From assembly GCA_041619515.1 (NCBI GenBank), contig JBFKDW010000028.1, forward strand, positions 1 through 32,930: a stretch of 32,930 bases of DNA, written 5' to 3'. Below, piece after piece: positions 9,349 to 19,375 of the stretch (its first letter is position 1; every line of letters begins with the position of its first letter). The DNA comes from Acidimicrobiia bacterium (GTDB lineage: Bacteria > Actinomycetota > Acidimicrobiia > Spongiisociales > SHLN01). Both the position numbers and the translations under genes were made by a program. The notes below the pieces were generated by a model. That model saw nothing but the letters and a program-made list of their open reading frames with translations, was not told the origin of the DNA and searched no databases.

Positions 9349-10809
9349 ATGCTCTCCCAATCACAGTTCGTCGAGCTGGCCGCCGAGTACTCGGTGGTGC
9401 CACTCACGCTCGAGGTGGTGGGCGACCGGGAGACGGCGGTCACCGTGTTCGAGAAGCTGGTAGGCGACCAGCCCGGCTTCTTACTCGAGTCCGTTGAGGG
9501 CGGCGAGCGCTGGGGCCGGTGGTCTTTTGTCGGGTGGGACGCCGCCTTCACGTTGACGAGCACCGGCGGCATCTCGACGATCGAAGGTGCTCCGGTGCCG
9601 GTCCCCGAGGGCGATCCGCTGGCCGTGCTGGAACAGCTGCTGGCTGGGTTCCACACTCCCGAGCTCCCCAACCTGCCTCCACTCCACACCGGGGTGGTGG
9701 GCTACCTCGGCTATGACTGCGTTCGATACGTCGAGCGCCTTCCCGGCCGTCCGCTCGACGATCGGGGCCTCCCGGAGCAACTGTGGCAATTCGTGGGTTC
9801 GATGGCGGCTCTCGATCGCCTCAGCGACACCATCCTGCTCATCTGCAACGTCTACGTCGGCGACGATCCCGCCTCCCAGTATGAGGAGGCAAGACAGCGC
9901 CTGGAGCAAGCTGCCTCCCGTCTCGGGGAGGGATATGCGTATCGAGCGCGGCCGGTCCCCGACCTATCGGAGGCGCCGGCGGGCTCATCGATCAACCTGA
10001 CCCAAACCGAATTCGAGACGGCGGTGAAGCAAGCCATCGACTACGTGTACGCAGGCGATGTGTTCCAGGTGGTGCCGTCGCTGCGGGTAGAAGTCCCTTT
10101 CGACGGCGATGCGTTCTCCGTGTATCGGGTGTTGCGTCTTATAAACCCCTCTCCCTATCTGTTCTTTCTGCGGGACCGGGAGGTCGCCATCGCCGGCTCC
10201 TCACCCGAGATCATGGTGCGGGCCCGGGAGGGGAAGGTCTTCAGCAGGCCGATCGCCGGCACCCGACCCCGCGGCGCTACCACGGCTCTCGACCGTGCGC
10301 TGGAGGAGGAGCTGCTCGCCGACCCCAAGGAGCGGGCCGAGCATGTCATGCTGGTTGATCTCGCCCGCAACGACCTCGGCCGGGTCTCGCAGTTCGGCAG
10401 CGTGCAGGTGGACGAGCTGATGACCATCGAGCGCTACTCGCATGTCATGCACATCGTGTCGGGGGTCTCCGGAGACCTCCGCCCCGGCACCGGTCCCGTG
10501 GAGGTGCTGCGTGCCACCTTCCCTCACGGCACCGTGACCGGCGCTCCCAAGGTGCGGGCGATGGAGATCATCGATGAGCTCGAGCCGTGTGCCCGCGGCC
10601 CCTACGCCGGGGCGGTGGGGTACATCGATTTCACCGGCAATCTCGACACCGCAATCGCCCTCCGCTCGATGGTGGCCAAGGACAAGCTGGCCTGGGTGCA
10701 GGCCGGAGCCGGGGTGGTGGCCGATTCGGACCCGGCCGCCGAATATCGAGAATGCCTCAACAAAGCCGCGGCGGTGCTGGCCGCCATCGCCGGCGCCCAG
10801 CGGCTGTGA
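9349..10809 (+). CDS. trpE: Anthranilate synthase component I
   Basis: FLLESVEGG, INPSPYLFF, GSSPE, RPIAGTRPRG, KERAEHVMLVDLARND, GAPKVRAMEII, QAGAGVVADS. Confidence 0.93.
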   Translation: MLSQSQFVELAAEYSVVPLTLEVVGDRETAVTVFEKLVGDQPGFLLESVEGGERWGRWSFVGWDAAFTLTSTGGISTIEGAPVPVPEGDPLAVLEQLLAGFHTPELPNLPPLHTGVVGYLGYDCVRYVERLPGRPLDDRGLPEQLWQFVGSMAALDRLSDTILLICNVYVGDDPASQYEEARQRLEQAASRLGEGYAYRARPVPDLSEAPAGSSINLTQTEFETAVKQAIDYVYAGDVFQVVPSLRVEVPFDGDAFSVYRVLRLINPSPYLFFLRDREVAIAGSSPEIMVRAREGKVFSRPIAGTRPRGATTALDRALEEELLADPKERAEHVMLVDLARNDLGRVSQFGSVQVDELMTIERYSHVMHIVSGVSGDLRPGTGPVEVLRATFPHGTVTGAPKVRAMEIIDELEPCARGPYAGAVGYIDFTGNLDTAIALRSMVAKDKLAWVQAGAGVVADSDPAAEYRECLNKAAAVLAAIAGAQRL

Positions 10810-10811
10810 CC

Positions 10812-11720
10812 ATGGACAGCCTTGGGGACGTTACCGGCGAGTACCAGGCGCTGCACGGTGCCGCCGCCGCAGTCGAATCACAGCACGAGCTGGTGCGCGT
10901 GGTGGGACCGGACGCCGAGTCGTTTCTCGACTCGCTTCTCAGTCAGGATCTCACGGGGCTGGCCGAGGGGGCCGTCGTCCGTTCGCTCCTGCTCGGTCCC
11001 CGCGGCAAGCTGCGGGCGTTGCTGTGGGTCGCCCGGTTCGGCGACGAGTTCCTGCTGGTGGCCGACGCCGGGTCGGGGGCAGCGGTCGCGGCCGACCTGG
11101 CGCGATTCAAATTGCGGGTGGCACTCGACATCGAGGAGCCCGAGCCGCTCGTGGACCTGGCCGGCCCGGGAGCCGCTGCGGTGCTCGACGCGGCGTCGCT
11201 GCAACCGCCCGCCCGTGCGCTGCCGGCACCGCTCGGGAGCCTCAGCCGCTTCTTCGTTGCCGGCGCCGGCGTCGAAGATCTGGTGGCCGCCGGGGCCAGG
11301 CTGGTTGGACGCCTTGCCTATACCGCGGTGCGGGTCGAGATGGGCGAGCCCGCCATGGGCGTCGATGTGGACGAGTCGACGATTCCCCAGGAAGCCGGGG
11401 TGGTGGCCGAAGCCGTGTCATTCACCAAGGGCTGCTACCTGGGTCAGGAGCTGGTCGCCCGCATCGACACCCGCGGCCATGTCAACCGGCACCTGCGGGG
11501 GCTCGTGCTCAAGGAGAACGCCCTTCCTCCCGCCGGCGCCGAAGTGGTGCGAGGCGACACCGCAGTCGGGGGCATCACGTCGGTCTCGGAGTCGCTGCTG
11601 ATCGGTGCACCGGTGGGGCTGGGGCTGATCCGCCGGGAGGTGGAGCCGGGCGCCGACGTCGAGATCCGCTGGCCGGGCGGGCGCGCCTCAGCCGAGGTGC
11701 GGTCGCTGCCACTCGTGTGA
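10812..11720 (+). CDS. ygfZ: YgfZ/GcvT-family folate-binding protein
   Basis: Signature FTKGCYLGQE and VVGPDAESFL. Alternative start GTG 10806 overlaps the trpE stop. Confidence 0.9.
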   Translation: MDSLGDVTGEYQALHGAAAAVESQHELVRVVGPDAESFLDSLLSQDLTGLAEGAVVRSLLLGPRGKLRALLWVARFGDEFLLVADAGSGAAVAADLARFKLRVALDIEEPEPLVDLAGPGAAAVLDAASLQPPARALPAPLGSLSRFFVAGAGVEDLVAAGARLVGRLAYTAVRVEMGEPAMGVDVDESTIPQEAGVVAEAVSFTKGCYLGQELVARIDTRGHVNRHLRGLVLKENALPPAGAEVVRGDTAVGGITSVSESLLIGAPVGLGLIRREVEPGADVEIRWPGGRASAEVRSLPLV

Positions 11721-11870
11721 GCGGCAAGCCACGAGTTTGGTGGTATCGGTTCACTGCAAATCCCGAGGCAGCCGGGTTGCCCCGGGATGGCGGCAGCGCC
11801 GCAGGCGTCACCCGAAATGCACATCGGCACTTAACAACCTGCTCATAATTGGCGATGAGGGTGGTATTGC

Positions 11871-12539
11871 ATGGATGGCTTGGTTCTCCTGATCGAAGAC
11901 GAGGAGGAAATCGCCGACCTTCTGACCCTCGTGTTCGAGAAGGAGGGATTTCGGCTGCTGCACGCCGCCACCGGCGAGCGCGGGCTGGAGATCCTGACCC
12001 AGCGGTCCCCGCAAGCCGTCCTGCTCGACCTCGGGCTTCCCGGCATCGACGGCATGGAGGTGTGCCGCCGCATCCGGGCGACCAGTGACGTCCCGGTCAT
12101 CATGCTGACGGCGCGAGACGACGAGATCGACAAGATCGTCGGCCTCGAGATAGGGGCGGACGACTACGTGACGAAGCCGTTCTCACCTCGCGAGGTCGTG
12201 GCCAGGGTCAAGGCAGTGCTGCGGCGCGCCGAACAGCGGCCGGAGGCGCCCGCAGCCATCACCGTTTCCGACTTCGAGATCGACAGCGGCCGGCGCACGG
12301 TGCGGCGCCCGGGCGGCGAGGTGGTGCAGCCGACGGCTCGCGAGTTCGATCTGCTGTGGCACCTGGCCCGCAACCGCGGCATCGTGCTCAGCCGCGGCCA
12401 GCTGCTCGAGGCGGTCTGGGGGTACGACTATCTCGGCGAGAGCCGCACCGTGGACGTGCACGTCCGCCAGCTTCGCAAGAAGCTTCCCGACATACCGATC
12501 GAGACGGTGTGGGGCGTCGGGTACAAGATGGGTCGGTAG
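11871..12539 (+). CDS. OmpR/PhoB-family response regulator
   Basis: LIEDE, LLDLGLPGIDG, MLTARDD, GADDYVTKPF and the wHTH segment RTVDVHVRQLRKK...ETVWGVGY. Confidence 0.96.
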   Translation: MDGLVLLIEDEEEIADLLTLVFEKEGFRLLHAATGERGLEILTQRSPQAVLLDLGLPGIDGMEVCRRIRATSDVPVIMLTARDDEIDKIVGLEIGADDYVTKPFSPREVVARVKAVLRRAEQRPEAPAAITVSDFEIDSGRRTVRRPGGEVVQPTAREFDLLWHLARNRGIVLSRGQLLEAVWGYDYLGESRTVDVHVRQLRKKLPDIPIETVWGVGYKMGR

Positions 12540-13942
12540 TGAGACGGAAGTTCTTTTGGAGCCTGATATCGGCTGCGGCTCTGGCGTTACTGGTGGGAGG
12601 AATCGTGGCCGCCGCCGGTACCAACCGGCAAGCCCGCAGCGAGGCCCTCGAAGAGCTGGGGCGCCAGGCCGAGGAGATCGGCCGTCAAGCCGAAGCGGCC
12701 GTCGAGGATGCCCGCGGCCGCGGCGAATCCGCTCTCCGCAACCTGCTCAACGAGCGGACCGTGCGGGAGTTGCTGGCGACCGCTTCGCGGATCGGAGATC
12801 TGGACTTCGCCGAGATCGCCGCCGTGCGCGGGGTGGAACTGGTCGTGCCCAGCACGAGCGTGCTCATCCCCGCCCTCGGCCTGCAGGACGCTGAGTTCAC
12901 CTCCGGGACCACCCAGGAGTTCGAGGGAGAGATCAACGGGGAGCGGGTGGTCGTGGTTGCCCGCACCATCGACAGCGGAAGCCCTCTATTCACACTGGTG
13001 GTTTTGCTCGGCCGCAAGGCTGATCTCCTGGAGGGAGTCGCCCTCGTGCGGGCATTCCTGGTGGCGCTGGCAGCCGCCGCCGCCGTCGTGGTGGCGCTGG
13101 CCGGGCTGCTGGCACGACGCCTCGGCGACCGGCTGGCCCGGGTCGACGCTGCCGCCGGAAGGGTCGCCGCCGGTGACCTGACGGTCCGGGTGGACGATGA
13201 CGGCGACGACGAGGTGTCCCACCTCGCCGATAGCTTCAACGACATGGCCCGCCGGCTGGAAGCCGCGTCAAAACGCGAGCGTGATTTTCTGCTCAACGTC
13301 GGCCACGACCTGCGCACACCGCTCACGAGCATCTCGGGCTACGCCGAAACCCTGGCCGACGGGACCGTCGGCTCCGATGACCTTCCCCGGGTGGCGGCGG
13401 TGCTCCAGCGCCAGAGCAAGCGGTTGTCACGGCTCGTCGAAGATCTCATGCTCCTGGCTCGCTTGGAAGCGCGCGAGTTCACACTCCGCACCGAGGCGGT
13501 CGATCTGGGCGCCCACATTGCCGGCGTGGCCGAGGAGTTCCGGGCCCGCGCCGGAGAGGCTGCGGTGCGCCTGGCCATCGAGGTCGAGCCGACCGGACCG
13601 GTCGAGGCCGACCCGGTGAGAATCGCCCAGGTCGTTTCGAATCTCATCGAAAACGCCCTCCGATACGCGCCGGAGGGTGGCCGGGTCGACGTGGTCGTGC
13701 GGGCGGCGCCCGGTGAGACCCGCATCGAGGTGGCAGACAACGGACCCGGCATCGAGGCGGAGGATCTCCCCCGGGTGTTCGAGCGGCTCTATGTTGCGCA
13801 GCGATACCGGGCAGTTCGGCCCGAAGGGAGCGGGCTGGGGCTCTCCATCGTCCACGAGCTGGTGGCCGCCATGGGCGGCACGGTCGAGGTGGCATCCGAG
13901 CCGGGCCGCGGCACAACCGTGACGGTGCTGCTGCCTCGGTAG
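12539..13942 (+). CDS. HAMP-domain sensor histidine kinase
   Basis: GTG 12539 overlaps the regulator stop. Two TMs, HAMP, H-box GHDLRTPLT, N-box NLIENALRY, G boxes DNGPGI and GSGLGL. Confidence 0.95.
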   Translation: MRRKFFWSLISAAALALLVGGIVAAAGTNRQARSEALEELGRQAEEIGRQAEAAVEDARGRGESALRNLLNERTVRELLATASRIGDLDFAEIAAVRGVELVVPSTSVLIPALGLQDAEFTSGTTQEFEGEINGERVVVVARTIDSGSPLFTLVVLLGRKADLLEGVALVRAFLVALAAAAAVVVALAGLLARRLGDRLARVDAAAGRVAAGDLTVRVDDDGDDEVSHLADSFNDMARRLEAASKRERDFLLNVGHDLRTPLTSISGYAETLADGTVGSDDLPRVAAVLQRQSKRLSRLVEDLMLLARLEAREFTLRTEAVDLGAHIAGVAEEFRARAGEAAVRLAIEVEPTGPVEADPVRIAQVVSNLIENALRYAPEGGRVDVVVRAAPGETRIEVADNGPGIEAEDLPRVFERLYVAQRYRAVRPEGSGLGLSIVHELVAAMGGTVEVASEPGRGTTVTVLLPR

Positions 13943-13952
13943 CGTGCACATC

Positions 13953-14249
13953 ATGACACGACTAACCGGATCCCTGCTGGCGCTCGCCTTGCTGGCGACC
14001 GGATGCGCTGAGACCTCGATAGACGGGGCTGTCCTCTACACCCGATACTGCGCAGCGTGCCATGGCGCCGACCAGTCCGGGGGGGTCGGTCCCGCCCTGG
14101 TGGCCGGGAGCGAGGCCGCCGCCCTCAGCGACCAGGAATACCGGGAGGTGATCACCCAGGGCGCAGTCGGCATGCCGGCCACCACCGGCCTGAACGAGGA
14201 TCAGCTCGACGCCCTCATCGCCCACATCCGCCGGGCTGAGGGGTCCTAA
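13953..14249 (+). CDS. Monoheme c-type cytochrome, predicted lipoprotein
   Basis: Lipobox LATG-C, heme motif CAACH, GPAL and distal Met in GMPA. Confidence 0.9.
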   Translation: MTRLTGSLLALALLATGCAETSIDGAVLYTRYCAACHGADQSGGVGPALVAGSEAAALSDQEYREVITQGAVGMPATTGLNEDQLDALIAHIRRAEGS

Positions 14250-14266
14250 CTCTCTACGATTGCGTC

Positions 14267-15028
14267 ATGCTCGACGACATCATCACGGCGGCCCGCGCAC
14301 GAGCCGGTCGCCTCGACGCGGCTGCGCTCCAGGAGCGTGCCGCGATGGTGCCTGCCGTCCGCTCCCTGGCGGCCGCCCTCGCCGCTCCCGGACTGACCGT
14401 GATCGCGGAAGTCAAGCGCCGATCCCCCTCGGCGGGCGAGCTGGCGCCGGATCTCGACCCGGCCGGGCAGGCGGCCGCCTACCAGCGGGGGGGAGCCGGC
14501 GCCGTCTCGGTGCTCACCGAGCCCGATTTCTTCTCGGGCTCCCTCGACGATCTCGCAGCGGTGCGCGAGGAGGTGACCATTCCCGTATTGCGCAAGGACT
14601 TCATCGTCGACGCCGCCCAGATTTGGGAGTCGCGCAGCGCCGGTGCCGACGCGGTTCTGCTCATCGTTGCCGTCCTCTCCGACGCCGAGCTGAGCCAATT
14701 CATAGAGGTGGCAGCCGATGCCGGGTTGGATGCATTGGTGGAGGTCCACTCTCCATTGGAGGCGTCACGGGCGGAGGCGGCCGGCGCTCGCATCGTCGGC
14801 GTCAACAACCGGGACCTGGCCACATTCGCAGTCGATCTGGCGACGGCCGAACGGCTGGCTCCGCTGATCTCCGGGATCCCGATCCGGGTGGCCGAGAGTG
14901 GCATTAGCGGGGCTGCCGACGCCCGGCGCATGGCCGACGCCGGCTACCAGGCGGTGCTGGTGGGCGAGGCGCTGGTGAGGGCCAACGATCCGGCGGCGCT
15001 GGTGGCCGGGATGCGGGCGGCGTCGTGA
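14267..15028 (+). CDS. trpC: Indole-3-glycerol phosphate synthase
   Basis: IAEVKRRSPS, SVLTEPDFFSGS, LRKDFI, GVNNRDL, AESGI. Confidence 0.97.
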   Translation: MLDDIITAARARAGRLDAAALQERAAMVPAVRSLAAALAAPGLTVIAEVKRRSPSAGELAPDLDPAGQAAAYQRGGAGAVSVLTEPDFFSGSLDDLAAVREEVTIPVLRKDFIVDAAQIWESRSAGADAVLLIVAVLSDAELSQFIEVAADAGLDALVEVHSPLEASRAEAAGARIVGVNNRDLATFAVDLATAERLAPLISGIPIRVAESGISGAADARRMADAGYQAVLVGEALVRANDPAALVAGMRAAS

Positions 15029-15663
15029 CCTGGGTGAAGGTGTGCGGGTTGAGCCGCCCGGAGGAAGTCGAGGCGGCGGTTGCCGCCGGAGCCGATGCCA
15101 TCGGGTTCGTCTTCTATGCACCGTCGCCGCGCAACCTCGAGCCCTTGGTGGCCCGGCGCCTCGGAGATGGTGTGGGCGTGCTCACCGTCGCCGTCACCGT
15201 CGGCCTCGACGCCGACTCGCTGCTGCACCTCGCTGAAGTGGCCGGAGTCGGCGCCGTCCAGCCTCACGGTGATCACGCCGACGAGGCGGCATCCGCTGCC
15301 GTGACGGCGGGGCTGGCGGTGCTGCGTCCGGTGACCGTGACCCAACCGGTGGACCTCGCCGGGGTCCCGCAAGACGAACTGCCACTGCTCGACAGCGACT
15401 CCATCGGCGGCAGCGGCACGGCGTTCGACTGGTCCTGGATCGAAGGGCTCAACCGGCCGTTTGTGCTCGCCGGTGGGCTCGGGCCGGACAACGTGTCCGA
15501 CGCCATCTCCCGGGTCGGCCCATGGGGGGTGGATGCATCTTCCCGCCTAGAGTCCGCCCCCGGCATCAAGGACCTGGCCAGGGTGACTGCGTTCGTGCGC
15601 GCAGCCAAAGGTGCGGTCAACGAGGCCGCGGCCAACCTCGGTGAGGGGAATAGTGATGACTGA
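15025..15663 (+). CDS. trpF: Phosphoribosylanthranilate isomerase
   Basis: [46 protein letters not shown]. Confidence 0.96.
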   Translation: MTWVKVCGLSRPEEVEAAVAAGADAIGFVFYAPSPRNLEPLVARRLGDGVGVLTVAVTVGLDADSLLHLAEVAGVGAVQPHGDHADEAASAAVTAGLAVLRPVTVTQPVDLAGVPQDELPLLDSDSIGGSGTAFDWSWIEGLNRPFVLAGGLGPDNVSDAISRVGPWGVDASSRLESAPGIKDLARVTAFVRAAKGAVNEAAANLGEGNSDD

Positions 15664-16840
15664 CACGACCATGCCGGATGTCTCCGGCCGTTTCGGGGAG
15701 TTCGGCGGCCGATACGCGCCCGAAACCCTGATGGGGGCGCTGGCCGATCTCGAAGCCGCCTTCACCGAAGCGTGGCGCGACCCGGTGTTTCTCGGTGAGT
15801 ACCACCGCCTCCTGCGCGAGTTTGTCGGCCGTCCCAGCCCCCTGTACGAAGCGAGCCGTCTCTCCGAGACGCTCGGCATGCGCATCCTGCTGAAGCGGGA
15901 GGACCTCAACCACACGGGCGCCCACAAGATCAACAACACCATCGGGCAAGGGCTGCTCGCCAGGCGCATGGGCAAGCCGCGCATCATCGCGGAGACCGGA
16001 GCGGGCCAGCACGGGGTGGCAAGCGCCACCGCTGCGGCGGCGCTCGACCTCCAGTGTGAGGTGTACATGGGGGCGAAGGACATGGAGCGGCAGGCCCTCA
16101 ACGTCACCCGCATGCAGCTGCTCGGAACCAGGGTCGTCCCGGTCACCAACGGAGCGGGGACCCTCAAGGACGCGGTCAGCGAGGCGATGCGTGACTGGGT
16201 GGGGAGCGTCGCCACCACCCACTACGTCATCGGGTCGGTGGTGGGGCCGCACCCGTTCCCGCTCATGGTCCGCGAGTTCCAGAAGGTCATCGGCGAGGAG
16301 CTGCAAGAACAACTCGGCGATCTCCGGCCCGACATGATCGTCGCCTGCGTTGGAGGTGGCTCCAACGCCATGGGCATCTTCTTCCCGTTCCTGGAGTCCG
16401 GCATCGACCTGGTCGGTGTGGAAGCGGCCGGCGAGGGCATCGCCTCCGGCAGGCACGGGGCGTCCCTCGGTCACGGAACGCCAGGGGTGCTGCACGGTGC
16501 CCGCACCTACATGCTGCAGGACGATCAAGGGCAGGTTCACGAGGCGCACTCGATCTCGGCCGGGCTCGATTATCCGGGAGTCGGCCCCGAGCACGCCTAC
16601 TTTCAGGATTCCGGGCTAGCACGGTACGAGTCGGTGACCGACGCCGAGGCGGTCGACGCGTTCCATCTCCTCAGCCGGGTGGAGGGAATCATCCCTGCGC
16701 TCGAGTCGGCTCACGCTATCGGCTGGCTGCGGCGGGAAGCATCCTCGCTCGCCGGCAAGACCGTCGTCGTCAACCTGTCGGGGCGGGGCGACAAAGATGT
16801 CGAGCACATCACGGGCATCGCTGGCGATCCGGGCCGATGA
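15656..16840 (+). CDS. trpB: Tryptophan synthase beta chain
   Basis: [26 protein letters not shown] (PLP Lys), [37 protein letters not shown]. Confidence 0.98.
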   Translation: MTDTTMPDVSGRFGEFGGRYAPETLMGALADLEAAFTEAWRDPVFLGEYHRLLREFVGRPSPLYEASRLSETLGMRILLKREDLNHTGAHKINNTIGQGLLARRMGKPRIIAETGAGQHGVASATAAAALDLQCEVYMGAKDMERQALNVTRMQLLGTRVVPVTNGAGTLKDAVSEAMRDWVGSVATTHYVIGSVVGPHPFPLMVREFQKVIGEELQEQLGDLRPDMIVACVGGGSNAMGIFFPFLESGIDLVGVEAAGEGIASGRHGASLGHGTPGVLHGARTYMLQDDQGQVHEAHSISAGLDYPGVGPEHAYFQDSGLARYESVTDAEAVDAFHLLSRVEGIIPALESAHAIGWLRREASSLAGKTVVVNLSGRGDKDVEHITGIAGDPGR

Positions 16841-17628
16841 GCGCAACCCGGCTGGCTGAGATGTTCACGACCGCCCGGGAGCAGGGCCGCCCGGTGTTCA
16901 TGCCCTTCATGACGGCCGGCGTGCCGGACCACGCCCGATCGCTCGCAGTGTTCGAGCGACTGGCCGCCGACGGTGCCGACGCCTTCGAGCTCGGCATCCC
17001 CTATTCGGACCCGCTGATGGACGGGCAGGTCATTCAGGCGGCAAGTGCCCTGGCGCTCGACGGCGGCATGACTTTCCTCGGCGGCCTCGAGCTGGCCGGC
17101 CGGGTGGCAAGCGCCACCGGCAAGCCGGTCATCGTCATGACGTACGTCAATCCCATCCTGCAGGCGGGGACAGATATTTTCGCGGCTGAACTGGCTGCCC
17201 TCGGCGTGTCGGCCGTGATCATCGCAGACGTCCCGTTCGAAGAGGCTGCCCCGGTCAAGGCCGCCCTCGACGAGCACGGAGTGGGGATGGCACTGTTTGC
17301 CGCCCCCACTACCGACGAGCGGCGGCTGCGCGAGATCGCCTCCGCCGAGCCGGCATTCATCTACGCGGTCGCCGACATGGGCGTCACGGGACGGCGGCGC
17401 AACGTGAGCGAACACCTGGAAGGCCTGGTGCGGCGCATTCGAGCAGTCACGTCCATTCCCATTGTGCTCGGCGTGGGAATCTCGAATCCGGAACAGGCGG
17501 AGATCGCGGCCGGGCTCGCCGACGGCGTCATTGTCGGGTCGGCGCTCGTCTCCGAAGTGCTCGACACGGGGGTGCCACGGTCGGGGGCAGCCTTCGCCGC
17601 AGCAGTGCACGGGGCAGGGCGGGCCTGA
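16837..17628 (+). CDS. trpA: Tryptophan synthase alpha chain
   Basis: [37 protein letters not shown]. Confidence 0.97.
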   Translation: MSATRLAEMFTTAREQGRPVFMPFMTAGVPDHARSLAVFERLAADGADAFELGIPYSDPLMDGQVIQAASALALDGGMTFLGGLELAGRVASATGKPVIVMTYVNPILQAGTDIFAAELAALGVSAVIIADVPFEEAAPVKAALDEHGVGMALFAAPTTDERRLREIASAEPAFIYAVADMGVTGRRRNVSEHLEGLVRRIRAVTSIPIVLGVGISNPEQAEIAAGLADGVIVGSALVSEVLDTGVPRSGAAFAAAVHGAGRA

Positions 17629-17673
17629 GCCCAAGCCGGGTTGTCTGCGCGCCACCTATCATCAACTTCGCAG

Positions 17674-17756
17674 GCCGGGATGGCGGAACGGTAGACGCGA
17701 CGGACTCAAAATCCGTTGTCCGAAAGGGCGTGCGGGTTCGAATCCCGCTCCCGGTA
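17674..17756 (+). tRNA. tRNA-Leu (anticodon CAA), CCA not encoded
   Basis: Acceptor stem GCCGGGA/TCCCGGT plus discriminator A; D arm TGGCGGAACGGTAGACGC; anticodon arm ACGGA-CTCAAAA-TCCGT; long variable arm; T arm GCGGG-TTCGAAT-CCCGC. Confidence 0.97.
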
Positions 17757-17785
17757 CGCGGCGACACCTCGGCGTTCGCCGACAG

Positions 17786-18130
17786 CTAGATGGCCGTCGG
17801 GTGGCGAGGCTCGTACAGGAGCAGCTCGACGCCACCGGCCAGGCGCATGGTGCTGGCGATTCCGAAGCCCCGGTCCTCGACGGGCGTGACGAACTCGATG
17901 CCCCTGGTGCGCAAATCCTCCATCGTTGCCTCGAGGTCGTCGCACAACAGAGAGATCTCGTGGGCCGGCTGGTCCCCGGGGTGGACGGCCATCTCCGCCG
18001 GGGGAGTGGTGAATATGAGCCAGCCGTTGCCGGCATCGACATGTTCCCACCCGAAGATGTCACGCATGGTGGCTCGAACCTCCTCCGCCGCTGGTGAGTA
18101 GAGCAGGGTGTGTATTCCAGTTATTGCCAC
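17786..18130 (-). CDS. VOC/glyoxalase superfamily protein
   Basis: GIHTLLYS, DAGNGWLIF, HEISLLCDDL, VEDRGFG, LLYEPRHP; AGGAG SD upstream. Confidence 0.88.
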   Translation of the reverse strand: MAITGIHTLLYSPAAEEVRATMRDIFGWEHVDAGNGWLIFTTPPAEMAVHPGDQPAHEISLLCDDLEATMEDLRTRGIEFVTPVEDRGFGIASTMRLAGGVELLLYEPRHPTAI

Positions 18131-18311
18131 GGACGGCTCCTCGAGAACGGGTCGCTGCGATGGTACCGCTCCCGGGCGGCCGAAGGACCGGGACCCGAGC
18201 CCCCGTCGGCGAGTCCCCGCTGCCTATTGGCATAACCGTCTTCTGGTGCCACAATTAGGTTCTAGAGTTTTCGCGCTCTGGGCTACAACCATGATGAACA
18301 AGGGCTATCAC

Positions 18312-18827
18312 ATGGAGGGCGACCGGGGCGCCACGCTGGTGGAGGCTGCCATTGTCCTTCCGATCTTCTTCCTGCTCGTATTCGGGCTGCTCGAATTCGG
18401 GTTTGGATTCAAGGACTGGTTGAGCATCAACCACGCCGCCCGCGAGGGGGCTCGGGTCGCGGTCGCAGCCGCCAACGACGTCCGCGCCGATCAGCTGGCG
18501 CTGGAGGCAGTGGAGGAGGGCCTGGTCGGCGACATGATCGACGCCGTCGGGTTCGTGACCATCGGAAACGCCGATGGCAGCGTGGCCAATATCTACACGC
18601 CGCTTCCGGCCGATCCGTGCGGGTGGACCCCCTGTCCCAACATCGACCTGAACTCCAGCTTCGAAACCGACGTTCCCTGGCCTCCCTCGGCCCGCGACGT
18701 GACCCTGCCCGACGTGGATCGTGTGGAAGTGACGGTCCAGTTCAAGCATGACTATCTGACCGGCTTCATCGGCAACAGCGTCACCTGGACCGCCTCGAAG
18801 GTGATGCGAATCGAGCCCCAGGGATGA
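18312..18827 (+). CDS. tadE: TadE-like minor pilin 1
   Basis: Prepilin site DRG|ATLVE, hydrophobic helix, AAREGAR and C-terminal MRIE. Alternative start at 18291. Confidence 0.9.
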   Translation: MEGDRGATLVEAAIVLPIFFLLVFGLLEFGFGFKDWLSINHAAREGARVAVAAANDVRADQLALEAVEEGLVGDMIDAVGFVTIGNADGSVANIYTPLPADPCGWTPCPNIDLNSSFETDVPWPPSARDVTLPDVDRVEVTVQFKHDYLTGFIGNSVTWTASKVMRIEPQG

Positions 18828-19375
18828 GACGCCATCGGGACCCGGAGAGCGGAGCCACGATGCTCGAATTCGCAATTGCAGCGCCGGTGGTCGTCCTGCT
18901 CATCGTCGGCCTCGTCGAGTTCGGCTTCGGGTTCATCGACTTGCAGACGGTGGCAAGCGCCACCACCTCCGGCGCCCGGGTCGGCTCCTCGTTCGGCTCG
19001 GTGGCGCTGGCCGACGAGATCATCCAGGACGCCGTGACCGACGGGCTCAGTGACCTTCGCAGCTCCTCCACCGTCGAACAGTTGTGGATCTACAAGTCCA
19101 ACGAGGCGGGTGACGTCGTCGACGACGTCAACGCGGCCAATATCTATCTGCCGGATGGCTCCGGAGGGTGGGTGTGTGACAACGGCTGCCCGTGGGTGCC
19201 GGCCTCCCGGACCACCGATCTGTCGAATGCGATCGGCGTCGTCAACCGCGACTACCTGGGGGTGCGGGTCGTCTTCAAGCATGAATGGGTGACGGGGTTG
19301 CTCCCGTTCCCGGCTCCCACCTGGACCGACGATGCCGTCGTCCTTCTGGAGCCGGTCCTCGAGGACGATTCGTGA
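18824..19375 (+). CDS. tadE: TadE/TadF-like minor pilin 2
   Basis: ESG|ATMLEFAI, hydrophobic helix, ATTSGAR; ATGA overlap with the previous gene. Confidence 0.88.
   Translation: MRRHRDPESGATMLEFAIAAPVVVLLIVGLVEFGFGFIDLQTVASATTSGARVGSSFGSVALADEIIQDAVTDGLSDLRSSSTVEQLWIYKSNEAGDVVDDVNAANIYLPDGSGGWVCDNGCPWVPASRTTDLSNAIGVVNRDYLGVRVVFKHEWVTGLLPFPAPTWTDDAVVLLEPVLEDDS

Noticed and set aside
9349..10809. PabB (aminodeoxychorismate synthase) assignment suggested by the adjacent folate-binding ygfZ
   Set aside because: The LLESVEGG and NPSPY motifs and proximity to trpCFBA favour TrpE.
18228..18251. Sigma54 promoter at TGGCA upstream of tadE1
   Set aside because: There is no TTGC at the -12 position. 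It is only a short TGGCA...TGCCA inverted repeat of unknown significance.
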